Of a stretch of 64,000 nt of DNA, positions 49,916 to 61,694 are shown piece by piece. The position numbers were made by a program, and so were the translations under genes. The notes beneath the pieces are model-generated. The model saw only the letters and a program-made list of their open reading frames with translations. It did not search any database and was not told where the DNA came from. Every line of letters begins with the position of its first letter. Within the stretch, counting starts at the first letter, position 1. The DNA is from Octopus sinensis (taxonomy: Eukaryota), in the NCBI RefSeq assembly GCF_006345805.1, contig NC_043002.1, forward strand, positions 19,840,001 to 19,904,000, read 5' to 3'.

Positions 49916-52900
49916 ATGGAAAATTTACCGCATCCAAAAGACCTAGACTTTAATCAGGAAAATCTAGCCGCAGCATGGAAAAGTGGTGGAAAAAAGAATT
50001 CAATCTCTTTTTGATAGCAACAGAAAGTGACATGAAGCCAGACAAAGTAAAAACTTCAATGTTTTTAACTTGCATCGGTTCTAAAGGCCGAGATATCCAT
50101 TCCACACTGGATTTCGATTCACCCGACGAAGAAATGAACCTTCAGACAGTAATCGAAAAATTCGATGCATATTGTGAACCCAGGAAAAACATAACTTTCC
50201 TAAGACACAAATTCTTCACATGTGGACAAGCGGAACATCAAAAATTCGATGAGTACGTAGTAGAGTTGCGCCAAAAGGCACAACAGTGCGAATTCGGCAA
50301 CCTCACAGACAGTCTCACCAAAGATATTCTGATATGTGGAATCAGAGACATGAGATTAAGAGAGAAAGATTATTGAGAGAACCAAATTTAGACCTACAAA
50401 AAACAATTCAAGCAGGTCAGAGTGCAGAGCAAACACGACTCCAATCAAGGATGCTAAATGCCACATCCGAAACAAGAGATAACGAAATCTCGAGGGTATA
50501 TAGTCAACACGACAGAAAAGGCGCCAAAACTCAAATAACCCGCCATATGCAATCCAGACATCAAAACGAACAAGGCGGAAGTGACAGAAAGCCCGCGAAG
50601 TTTCAAGCGCCAAGTCAACACTACGTCACTAACTGTCACTATTGTGGTTATAATCACAAAAGAAATAAATGCCCAGCATTTCACAAGACATGTGAAAAAT
50701 GCAAGAAACAAGGACACTATGCAAAAATGTGCAAATCAAGAAAATTTGTACATAAAGTAGAGATACATACCGACGATGAATCAGATGACGATACACATGT
50801 ACTCGAAATGATCACTGCAAATAATTCCCGCGTGCACAAAATCGAAAAGTTCAAGACTCCAAAAGACATTTGGACGGTCGAACTAAAAGTGAACAACTCG
50901 AATGTAACATTCAAAATAGATACAGGAGCAGACGTAACCGTACTGCCATTCAGAGAATATAGAAATATAATTCCAAAACCACAACTGCAAAAATCTTCAA
51001 CTCGATTATCAGCTTACAATAACACAGCTATAAAAGTGCTAGGAAAATGCACAGCAGTCATTAAATACAAAGAATTATCAAAGCAAATAAAATTCATTGT
51101 TGCAAAAACAAACTCGCACGCAGTTATAGATGCAAAGACAGCTAAAGATCTGAACCTGATTCAGAGAATTTCAAAAATAAATTCGTCGAACACAAACGAC
51201 ATATTAGAAAAATATGAAGACTGTTTCGGAGAAATCGGCACTTTGTCAATAACACATCATATCACAGTGGATCCACAAATAACTCCTGTAATTCATCCAC
51301 CAAGATCGGTTCCTTTTTCTATAAAAGAAAAACTCAACAAAGAATTAAAAAGAATGACAGAATTAGATATCATAAAACCTGTTAGTGAACCTACAGACTG
51401 GGTAAATTCCCTAGTCATCGTTGAAAAAGCCAACGGAAAACTCCGACTCTGTTTAGACCCCAAGAATCTAAACAAAGCCATAAAAAGGCAACATTTCAAA
51501 CTCCCTACAGCGGAGGACATTTTTGCACAAATGCATAACCCTAAATATTTTTCAAAACTCGATGCATCTAATGGATACTGGCAAATTCCAGTTGACGAAG
51601 AAGAAAGCTCCATCTTTTAACGTTCAACACACCTTTTGGAAGGTATCGCTTCACACGACTACCCTTTGGAATTCACAGCGCCAGTGAAGTTTTCCAAAAA
51701 CAAATTCAAAAATAATAGAGGGCATAGAAGGAGCAAGAAATTCACAGGATGACATCATAATCTGGTCCAACACTTTAGAAGAACACACAAATAGACTACA
51801 ACAAGTTTTCGATCGAATCCGAAAGCACGGATTAAAGTTAAATAAATCAAAGTGTCTTCTATGAATCACAAATCAAGTACCTTGGGCATATATTAACCAG
51901 CGAAGGGATAAAACAAGATCCAACCAAGGTACAAGCAATCATTCACATGCCACTGCCAACAAGTAAAAAAGAATTACAAAGATTCCTAGGTATGACAAAT
52001 TACCTATGTAAATTTTTATCTAATTACTCCGAAGTCACAGCACCATTGCGCCAGCTTCTACAGAGTGACACGTTATGGTCATTCGACAAACCACAAATCG
52101 AAGCAATAAAAAAGCTAAAAGAAATGATTACCAGAAAACCAGTGCTACAATTTTATGATCCAGATCTACCAATAAAAATAACTACAGATGCTAGTAAGCA
52201 TGGGCTCGGAGCGATACTTGAGCAGAAACACAACGAAAGATGGCTACCTGTTTCGTTTGCATCTCGTGCAACAACTCAAGCGGAACAAAACTACTGTCCG
52301 ATAGAGAGCGAAGCTCTCAGTATAGTTTTCGCATGCAAGAAATTTCATCAGTTTATATACGGAACTCATTTCAGAATCGAAAATGACCATAAACCGTTGA
52401 AGCAAATATTCAAAAAATCGATCACTAAATGCCCCCCCAGAATCCAAAGATTTCTACTAACATTACAAAGATATGATTTTGACCTAAACCACATACCTGG
52501 TAAAGAATCAATTGTTGCAGATACCCTATCACGTGCATACCTTGAGCAAAATACTCCAGAAGTATCAGACGAAGATATGAAATCGCACATTCATGCAGTA
52601 ATAAAAAATTACCCCATAACCGACACTAAATTAAAAGAGTATAAAGAAGCCACTGCAGACGACCCGTCTCTACAGACACTCGTCACATATACAAGAACAG
52701 AATGGCCCCCAAAAGACAAAATACCAATAAACATCAAACCATTCGTATCCGTTCGTGATGAAATATCAATCGTCAATGGTCTCGTTCTAAAAGGTTCAAG
52801 AATAATTGTACCTAAGTCATTACGTAGAGAAGCTCTACAGGAAATACATACCGGACACATGGGTATCGAAAAATGCATAGAGAGAGCGAAGGAATGTATA

Positions 52901-53538
52901 TACTGGCCCGGCATTAACGCTCAAATCAAAGACATGATTAACACATGCTCATACTGCATTGACTACAAAAATCAACAAGCAGCCGAACCACTAATAAATC
53001 ATGAAATACCTACTACACCATGGACCAAAGTGGGTACAGACGTATTTCACCTGTCTGGAAATTCGTATGTCACAATTATTGACTATACAACAACCACCGA
53101 GATCTACACGAAATAAATGATTGCCAGTCAAAAACCGTAATCAAAAAATTAAAAGAAACTTTTGCTAAATTCGGAATTCCGCAAACAGTTGTAAGTGACA
53201 ACGGTCCAGAATTCAATTCGGCTGAATTCAAAAAATTTGCAAAAAATTGGCATTTTCATCACACGAAGACAAGCCCGCATTATCATCAAGCGAATGGCAT
53301 GGTTGAGAGAAATATACAGACAATAAAAAAGACGCTAAAAAAGGCATTCAAAAGTAACGAAGAACCTCAGTTAGCGCTCTTAGCATTACGCACGACTAAA
53401 TTACAAAATGGTGCACCATCCCCTGCAAATCAAATAATGAATAGAACATTGCGAACAAATACATACTACACGACAAAATTGGTATCAGGCCTCACGAAAA
53501 GAAGAAATCAAACATTACAACAGAACTCCCAGAGTTAA
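49916..53538 (+). pseudogene. Frameshifted gag-pol of the Gypsy element
   Basis: Gag MENLPHPKDLDFNQENL...; zinc knuckles CHYCGYNHKRNKC and CEKCKKQGHYAKMC; protease FKIDTGAD; RT LRLCLDP, KLDASNGYWQI and NSQDDIIIW; RNase H TDASKHGLGA and ENDHKPL; integrase HTGH..CSYC, GTDVF, SDNGPEF and GMVER. Frame breaks near 49980, 50370, 51610, 51712, 51865 and 53105. Confidence 0.93.
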
Positions 53539-53789
53539 AACCACACGACACGGTTAGAATTAAGTTTAACAACAATTGGTTTAGAAGGGGCAAAATAATT
53601 AAAAAACTAGAGCAACCTCGTTCATACTTAGTAATAACAGAAGAATTAGATTATGAAAATATATTTCCAAAGTCAACAAACACGCATGAAAAAACAAAAA
53701 CAGCACAACTACAGAATTCAACACTACAAAATAATAAAACCACAAAAAGTGGACGACGAATAATTATTTCCTGTAGATACAGATGATAT

Positions 53790-53815
53790 AAAAAAAAAAA
53801 AAAAAAAAAGGAAGA
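53790..53815 (+). promoter_or_regulatory. Polypurine tract
   Basis: A20-GGAAGA abutting the 3' LTR. Confidence 0.85.
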
Positions 53816-54051
53816 TGTTATATAATCATCACAACAAACATGAACAATCAACGTCGCCCATTGTCTCCCTTGATAAAAGGACTTTCACTTTGTTTCCCGC
53901 CAAAACAATTAACTTGTACAACAACGGCAGTCGAATAAAGTATCTTGTATCGTTAACACGTTGTTTCAGTCTCTCTCATTTTCTTAATCTTTCATACTAA
54001 GTACTCACTACTTCCTTTAATACTCAATACTATATATATATAACAACAACA
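53816..54051 (+). repeat. 3' LTR (236 bp)
   Basis: Direct repeat of 49599-49837, preceded by the polypurine tract. Confidence 0.95.
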
Positions 54052-54119
54052 CTCTGTACGTAGTCCATTTCTTGAATATGAACATGGAACAGTGATGATA
54101 AAGAAACGAGAAGGGTGTT

Positions 54120-54927
54120 TTTTTCATTTTTGTGACCGGGTGTTAGCGTTGAGTTTTCGGATCCTCTGAGTTTGATCGTGTGTTCCGAGTCCTGTCCTCA
54201 CCCTCACCCCCTGTTCGCTAGCGCGCATTTTTTTTCATAATCGTTTAGTACACTTTATTTTACACCTATTGTACTTTTTCTTTTTTTTTTGTGGCCGAGT
54301 GTCGAAGTTGAGTTACTGGATCGTGTGAATTACCCATCAACCCCACGTCACAAAAACTGAAAAAAAAAAAATAATGTACTAAGTGTAAAATTGTTTGTTC
54401 CTTCTCGATCCACGCCTGGATCATAAGGTCCGGTTTCCCGGTTTCCTTGGCGTACAGGTTCCCCACCTGGACGGGACACCGGTTCGTCGCAGGTGAGCTG
54501 CAAGAGGAAAGAGTGGGAGAAAGTTGTGGCGAAAGAGTCAGAAGAAGTTTGCCATTACCTTCTGCCGGAGCTGCGTGGAGCTTAGGTGTTTCGCTCATAA
54601 ACACACACATCGCCTGGTCTGAGATTCGAACTCGCGATCCCTCGACCGCGAGTTCGCTGCTCTGACTACTAGGCCATGTGTCTCCACAGGTGTAAAACAA
54701 TGTTTAGTAAACGAATATGAAGAAAAAGATTGCACCGACGACAGGGAAGTGGTGAGAGGACTTGGAACACTCCCGATGTGAATTTTCCGACTCATCTCCC
54801 CCATCTCTCCCAACTCTCCCATTCGCCAGCGCGCATTTGTTTTTTCATATTCGTTTACTATATGATGTTTTACACCTATTACACTATTTTTTGTTTCATT
54901 TTTTTTGCTCGGGTCAAACACTGGAGG
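54120..54927 (-). repeat. Right block of the same modular repeat, possible right TIR
   Basis: Ends gggtcaaacactggagg|TTAA, the reverse complement of 48480 onward; contains a SINE at about 54397-54688. Confidence 0.6.
54397..54688 (-). mobile_element. tRNA-headed SINE (family E head, V/Ceph-domain-like body)
   Basis: Head ggcctagtagtcagagcagcg...gagttcgaatct; cctgcgacgaaccggtgtcccgtccaggtgg resembles the V-SINE core. Confidence 0.75.
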
Positions 54928-55023
54928 TTAACCAAAAATTCAAGGTTATTTATTGTTAAGTACGCTATTTTGAATACCCCGCGAGCCGACGCTTGTCTAT
55001 TACTTGTATATGCAGTCATTCTT

Positions 55024-55435
55024 ATTTCTTTATTGCCCACAAGGAGCTAAACATAGAGGAGACAAACAAGGACAGACGAAGGGATTAAGTCGATTACATC
55101 CACCCCAGTGCGTAACTGGTACTTATTTAATCGACTCCGAAAGGATGAAAGGCAAAGTCGACCTCGGTGGAATTTGAACTCAGAACGTAGCGGCAGACGA
55201 AATACCTATTTCTTTACTACCCACAAGGGGCTAAACACAGAAGGGACAAACAAGGACAAACAGATTAAGTCGATTATATCGACCCCTGTGCGTAAATGGT
55301 ACTTAATTTATCGACCCCGAAAGGATGAAAGGCAAAGTCAACCATGGTGGAATTTGAACTCAGAACGTAGCGACAGACGAAATACCGCTAAGCATTTCGC
55401 CCGGCGTGCTAACGTTTCTGCCAGCTCGCCGCCTT
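55024..55435 (-). mobile_element. SINE family B dimer with a single head and 17-bp TSD
   Basis: TSD tatatgcagtcattctt (55007-55023 and 55436-55452); junction gacgaaatacc|tatttc. Confidence 0.9.
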
Positions 55436-55929
55436 TATATGCAGTCATTCTTGTTACACACTATAATCTGGGTTGCTGTTTTTACGTTGCTATATTTTCG
55501 AATTTCTTTGGATTCGTGATCAGCATATTCTTCGTAACCTAATTAAATGACTGAATATATGAATTATTCTCATAGTTATTTCTCCTTATCTTTGGAATCA
55601 CCTCCATTCATTTACATTATTGCAATTGGTCTTTTTATCGACGCTTCACTATCTGTCCCACAAGCAGATGGAATTTATTTTCGTGCGCCAGAAATTCGGT
55701 GCTTTGTGTCCGATGCATATTCTGCTTGTAATTAGCTTCGATATTCTCTTCTCAATCTGTTTTCTATTTGTGTACATTTATTACGTGTTCACGGATCCTT
55801 AGCATTAGTCATAGCAATATTTTTTTTAATAGCGTACAGTATCTTCATCACAAAAACAAAAGAAATATTTACGACGAGATGTATTTTGATCTGCCTCTTG
55901 AAAAAGTTTTTTTATCCATCTATCTAGCT

Positions 55930-56130
55930 CAGTGCTTTTCAAACTTTTTGCTGGAGCGGAACCCCAAGGAAACATTCCACTGGCTCGAGGAACCCCTGTG
56001 CAATAATTTAATAGTCTTATGCACACATATCTGCACAGGAGAATTAAAAATTACTACCGATTTTAGCAGTTTTGTAACTTCTTGCGGAACCCCTGGACTG
56101 TATTGGCGGAACCCTGGTTGAAAACCACTG
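55930..56130. mobile_element. hAT-type MITE (201 bp)
   Basis: CAGTG...CACTG ends and a perfect 8-bp TSD ATCTAGCT. Confidence 0.9.
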
Positions 56131-56214
56131 ATCTAGCTACTCATGCGCGCGCATGCACACGCACGCACACACATACACACAGTCACGTACACATTGTTCG
56201 TGTGTCTGTGTATT

Positions 56215-56632
56215 TATATTGTTCGTCCTTCGTGTGAGCAAAGGCTCAGGATTGGCTTGTATGTCTGGCTTGGCGGATCCGGAGGTGGATAACGATGCCT
56301 ATCTAAGCCAGAAGTTCTCTCCTACACGTAGAGCATGTATAGAATGAATTGGCATTGGGCTCCTTCCCAGCAGTAACGGTTGAGTGTGAATCAAAATGCG
56401 CCAGTTGGATATTTTAGAAACGCTTCAGACATCACTCGAACCGCTCCTTTGTCCTTGCGACAGCGCGCTTTCCCTGACAGTGTTCACCATAGAGGAGCTG
56501 CTTTGGAATGCGATAGTCTGCTATTCCCAGCCCGTCTTAACTCAGTCATCTGCAAGAGCATAAACTCATTTACGATGTTTGTTAGCTGAAGCATTTCAGG
56601 GAACTTGTCCTGTACAGGATGCTGCAGAGATT
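56215..56632 (-). mobile_element. RTE/BovB-like LINE C-terminal fragment, decayed
   Basis: Minus-strand translation gives DYRIPKQLLYGEHCQGKR and ELRRAG, similar to QLRWAGH...RIPKQLLYGEL. Confidence 0.75.
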
Positions 56633-56635
56633 CTT

Positions 56636-57266
56636 CAGAATGTAGCGGCAGACGAAATACCTATTTCTATTTCTTTACTACCCATAAGGGGCTAAACATA
56701 GAGAGGACAAACAAGGACAGACAAATGGATTAAGTCGATTACATCGACCCCAGTGCGTAACTGGTACTTAATTTATCGACTCCGAAAGAATGAAAGGCAA
56801 AATCGACCTCGGCGGAATTTGAACTCACAACGTAACGGCAGACGAAATACCTATTTCTTTACTACCCACAAGGGGCTAAACACAGAGGGGACAAACAAGG
56901 ACAGACACACGGATTAAGTCGATTACATCGACCCCAGTGCATAACTGGTACTTAATTCATCGACCCCGAAAGGATGAAAGGCAAAGTCGACCTCGGCGGA
57001 ATTTGAACTCAGAACGTAACGGCAGACGAAATACCTATTTCTTTACTACCCACAAGGGGCTAAACACAGAGAGGACAAACAAGGACAGACAAACGGATTA
57101 AGTCGATTACATCGACCCCAGTGCGTAACTGGTACTTAATTTATCGACCCCAAAAGGATGAAAGGCATAGTTGACCTCGGCGGAATTTGAACTCAGAACG
57201 TAACGACAGACGAAATACCGCTAAGCATTTCACCCGGCGTGCTAACGATTCTGCCAGCTCGCCGCC
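56636..57266 (-). mobile_element. SINE family B tandem array (3 units of 184 bp plus a partial unit)
   Basis: Units start at 56668, 56852 and 57036; only one head. Confidence 0.9.
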
Positions 57267-57332
57267 AAACGCCATTTCATATATGGACTTGTGAGCAGAA
57301 ACTGATTGCTCAGCCATGTTATCAGCATCTTA

Positions 57333-57540
57333 AAAGCGGCGAGCTGGCAGATTCGTTAGCGTGCTGGGTAAAATGCTTAGCGGCATTTCGTCCGTCTGCA
57401 CGTTCTGAGTTCAAATTCCACTGCGGTCGACATTGTCTTTCGTCCCTTCGCAGTCGATAAAATATATTCCAGTTGAACACTGGGATTGATGTATCCGACT
57501 TAGCCCCTCACCCGGAATTGTTGGCTTTGAGCCAAAATGT
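57333..57540 (+). mobile_element. SINE family B, diverged, head-to-head with the array
   Basis: Head aaagcggcgagctggcag. Confidence 0.75.
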
Positions 57541-57850
57541 GAGGTCAATATTATCAACATCTGAGAGCTTTAAAGGAACTCATTATCCAGAAGCTGCATC
57601 ACAAAGATAAACAACTGAAATTCGGTTCTTTCTTCAAGCGAAAACATCTAAAGCTGTTAAGCCTGTTGATGCTATTGACGGTTCACCTATTGTTGACTTA
57701 GACCCACCTCACTCATTTGAGACTTTTACGAGAGGAATGCGAAGGCAAGCAAATCATCATTGTTCTCGGCAAGTTAACGCTTTCATTCCTTTCACATCTC
57801 CACTACATAATAATGATCTGTAATCTATTACAAGCAAAGGAAATTAACAA

Positions 57851-57990
57851 GCGTAGGAGTGGCTGTGTGGAAAGTAGTTCTGGGTTCACTCCCACTGCGT
57901 GGCACCTTGAGCAAGTGTCTTCTACTATAGCCTCGAGCCGACCAAAGCCTTGTGAGTGGATTTAGTAGATGGAAACTGAAAGAAGCCCGT

Positions 57991-57992
<2 letters not shown>
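57851..57992 (+). mobile_element. SINE family C head only
   Basis: Ends in (TA)n; no tail. Confidence 0.85.
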
Positions 57993-58046
<54 letters not shown>

Positions 58047-58049
<3 letters not shown>

Positions 58050-58205
58050 CCTTTCTTGAGCGTCCAATAACACTATACTTGTTCCACGTCTTCGCGTTGT
58101 TGTGTTTTTATGTTTGGATTAACTATATATATGAAAACACAAAGAGAAAACACAATAACGCGAGGACGTGGAACAAGTATAGTGTTATTGGACGCTCAGG
58201 AAAGG

Positions 58206-58208
<3 letters not shown>
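58047..58208. mobile_element. Palindromic insert in (TA)n: a MITE or two inverted copies of a TA-targeted element
   Basis: 62-bp inverted arms with 3 mismatches, flanked by TA tracts. Confidence 0.7.
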
Positions 58209-58247
<39 letters not shown>

Positions 58248-58248
<1 letters not shown>

Positions 58249-58410
58249 CGACGGGCTTCTTTCCGTTTCCGTCTACCAAATTCACTCATAATTCTTTGGT
58301 CGGCCTGAGGCTATAGTAGAAGACACTTGCCCATGGTGCCACACAGTGGGAGTGAACCCAGAACCATGTGGCTGGTAAGCAAGCTACTTACCACACAGCC
58401 ACGCTTGCGC
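58248..58410 (-). mobile_element. SINE family C head only, inverted
   Basis: Ends in (TA)n; no tail. Confidence 0.85.
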
Positions 58411-58633
58411 TTGTAAACAGAGAGAGAGAGAGAGAGGGAGGGAGAGAGAACATACATACACAAACACATTCTTTCTCTAGCTCGCTCTCTCAAATACACA
58501 CGCACGCGCACACACACAGTGAGAGTTTCTTTACATTCGAGAGGAAAAAATGAGTGAAAATAACCTTTATAACCCATTTCGTCTACTTTTTACTATATGT
58601 CTGAGGTACCGAGTGTTTTATAAATAAAAATAA

Positions 58634-58863
58634 GGTACTATTTAAGAAGAGTGGTCCCGGTGCGCGCAATCGCGCTAGCTAGTCGTGACTAGTCGATCCT
58701 TACTTTGTGTTTTTGTGTTTTATTTACTTTGTTTAAAAAAGATTATTTACTTTGTGTAAAAAATTTTTTTGTTTTATTTACTTTGCTAGGTAGTCGTAGG
58801 ATCGACTAGTCACGACTAGCTAGCGAGGATGCGCGAGTGCGCGCACTCTTCTTAAATAGTACC
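58634..58863. mobile_element. PIF/Harbinger (Tourist)-like MITE (230 bp)
   Basis: Perfect 20-bp TIR ggtactatttaagaagagtg, TAA on both flanks, perfect 28-bp subterminal inverted repeat (58673-58700 / 58798-58825). Confidence 0.8.
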
Positions 58864-60230
58864 TAAAAATAAATCCCACTAGATAACAGAATCGACAACC
58901 AATATTGATTCCGTCTCTCGTTCCTGCTTACGTCGCTGAGAAATGCCCCATTACACATAACCTTTGATTAGTGCGATTAACTCATCCTATTCTGTAACCG
59001 CATTAATCAGAACCGCACTGTTTAAATATAACAATCAAAGGCAAAAAAATTAATTGATTCAGGATTGATCATTATTGATTCTCGAAACATTGAAGTTATA
59101 TTAAAGCACAAAAATACATCACCCTAACAAAGGTAAATTAAACATGCACGTTAAACTATTTTTACTTATCGTTTCTTAACTATTCATAAATCTTGAAACC
59201 TTCTTTCAAGTTCTTCGAATCTTATTAGTTCTTTTGAATCATTTTCGTCTTTGACAGAATCTTTTGATTATTTTTCCTCGTACGGTCTCTGCTCTTCTGT
59301 TTCCAAGACTTCGCCATCATCCAAGCCTTTCAAATGTCAATCTAATTAGTCCCGGACGTTTATTGCATCAATATCCTCAAAACCTAATTTTTTTCCTTTA
59401 ACAGTGCTGTTTTTTTTTTGTTTTTTTTTCATTATTCACCACTATTTAGTATTCATAATCATTATTCACCACTAATTAAAGAGAGGAAGAAACGATGAAA
59501 TTGTGGAAACAGACAGTAAATATATGCCGTGACATGAATGCTAAAATCTCGCGCAGAGTAGGGTGAAAGATGTTTGTTTGCCTTGCTTTAAGACGTGTCG
59601 AAAGCACTGTTGGATAAAGAACCTGCGTACCTAGCTCTTCAACAACAGCGTACTATCTGCGCTCTTATAAGCGAAACATTGGAGACTACAAAAATTGACC
59701 ACGACAAAGAAAGCTATGGAATGATCCATTTTTAGAATATCATTGCAGAAGCATATCCGAATCGAGATAATTCGAGAAAGTGGGTGGAATGAACGACGGG
59801 ATCACAGAATGCTGAAAGTGCAAGTTCCAGGGACTGAACAAGTCGCAATGTTCGCAGGCAACAAGTGGACCCATGTCCACTGATATCGTGTGATATCTGA
59901 GGAGACCACTCGGAGACCTTGAAGACGACATAACTAAGAAATTCCGTTTCAAAAGAAAAAGGAAGCAATCAATAGTAGAATAGAATTGTGATCAATGATG
60001 TATAAGGACACCTGCTAGTCTTGTCGATAGGGCAATAGAGCGACATTATTTCAGAAGTCTTTTATTATTCTCATTAAGAATAAATGTTTTTAATGCCTTG
60101 AAGTTTAAAAGCCTTTTCTTCTAAGTATAGCACTCAGAAGAAAATGCTGTAAGAATGAAGTTGTACTGACGATAATGAGTATATATGTCATATTTCTGAG
60201 ACTCTTCTTTCCGCACACGTTGGTTATATA

Positions 60231-60465
60231 TATTTCTTTACTACCCACAAGGGGCTAAACACAGAGGGGACAAACAAGGACAGACAAAAGGATTAAGTCG
60301 ATTACATCGACCCTAGTGCGTAACTGGTACTTAATTTATCGACCCCGAAAGGATGAAAGGCAAAGTCGACCTCGGCGGAATTTGAACTCAGAACGTAACG
60401 ACAGACGAAATACGGCTACGCGTGTCGCACGGCGTGCTAACGATTCTGCCAGCTCGCCGCCTTCT
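60231..60465 (-). mobile_element. SINE family B with 13-bp TSD
   Basis: TSD cgttggttatata (60218-60230 and 60466-60478). Confidence 0.9.
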
Positions 60466-61067
60466 CGTTGGTTATATAGCCACCCCATACAGCGGTGTTA
60501 AGTTATTGGGTATATTTACATATTAAGCGCATTCCTGGTGCTATTATGTAAATATTAATGATTTGTAGGCACGTGGCATTCTGTTATGTAACCATAATAA
60601 AGTATATTAAATGGGGGTTTTTTTTATGAGTTAACACCATGTTCTACTGCGTTAGCAGTGTTCTTTACATTATTTTGTTAAGGTTCTTTCTACAGAAATT
60701 ATAATCAGCACTAATCTTTTGCTACAACATTTCGTAACGAGACGTCAGATGTAAACAAAATTAGCTCGGAGACAAAAATCGGTACCACATGCCTACAAGT
60801 CATTAATATTTACATAGCAGCCCCACGGAATGCATTTAGTATGTAAATTGGTATACCCAGCGAGTGGTGTTACTCAGTGCGGGTTGAGTAGCGCACTCTT
60901 CATAATATCATTTTCAGATATCATTCATATTATCGTATTTTTATTTGTTCTTCTTGTTCATTTTCATGTATCATTCATTATATCGTATTTTATTTTTATA
61001 TTTTTAATTGTTATATGTCCTCACATGTGTTGTCGTGTCCCCTTCTTTATGGCAATATCATTGAAAT

Positions 61068-61680
61068 AAAGTAGCTTGCTTACCAATCACATGGTCCCGG
61101 AATTAGTCCTACTGCGTGGCTCCTTGGGCAAGTCTCTTCTACTATAGATTTGGTAGACGGAAACTGGAAGAAGCCCATCGTATATGTATATATATATGTG
61201 TATGTGTGTGTGTATACATTTGTGTGTCTGATTGTCCCCCCCCAACATCGCTTGACAACCGATGCTGGTGTGTTTACGTCCCCCGTAACTTAGGGGTTCG
61301 GTAAGAGACACCGATAGAATAAGTACTAGGTCTACAAAGAATAAGCCCTGGGTCGATTTGCTCGACTAAAGGTGGTGCTCCAGCATGACCGCAGTCAAAT
61401 CACTGAAACAAGTAAAATAAAAAAATGTATATATATACGACAGAAACTGAAAGAAGCTTGTCGTATATATGTGTGTGTGTGTGTCCGTGTTTGTCCCCCC
61501 AACATCGCTTGACAACAGATAGCGGTGTGTTTACGTCCCCGTAACTTAGCGGTTCGGCAAAAGAGATCCGATAGAATAAGTACTAGGCTTACAAAGAATA
61601 AGTCCTGGGGTCGATGTGCTCGACTAAAGGCGGTGCTCCAGCATGGCCGCAGTCAAATGACTGAAACAAGTAAAAGAGAG
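61068..61680 (+). mobile_element. SINE family C plus a tandem 3' partial copy (61437-61680)
   Basis: Two tails in tandem. Confidence 0.85.
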
Positions 61681-61694
61681 TGTATATACTTTAT

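Larger units (their letters stand above)
49599..54051 (+). mobile_element. Full-length Ty3/Gypsy LTR retrotransposon (4453 bp)
   Basis: TG...CA LTRs at both ends, 5-bp TSD CTCTG (49594-49598 and 54052-54056), PBS, PPT, and domain order gag-PR-RT-RH-INT. Confidence 0.97.

Noticed and set aside
56668-57266. CRISPR-like array (also considered for the 33-bp repeat at 28484)
   Set aside because: There are no unique spacers, the units are SINE bodies or contiguous tandem repeats, the context is eukaryotic and no cas genes are present.
59700-59990. GC-richer stretch with overlapping short ORFs
   Set aside because: No recognisable domain or element boundaries.
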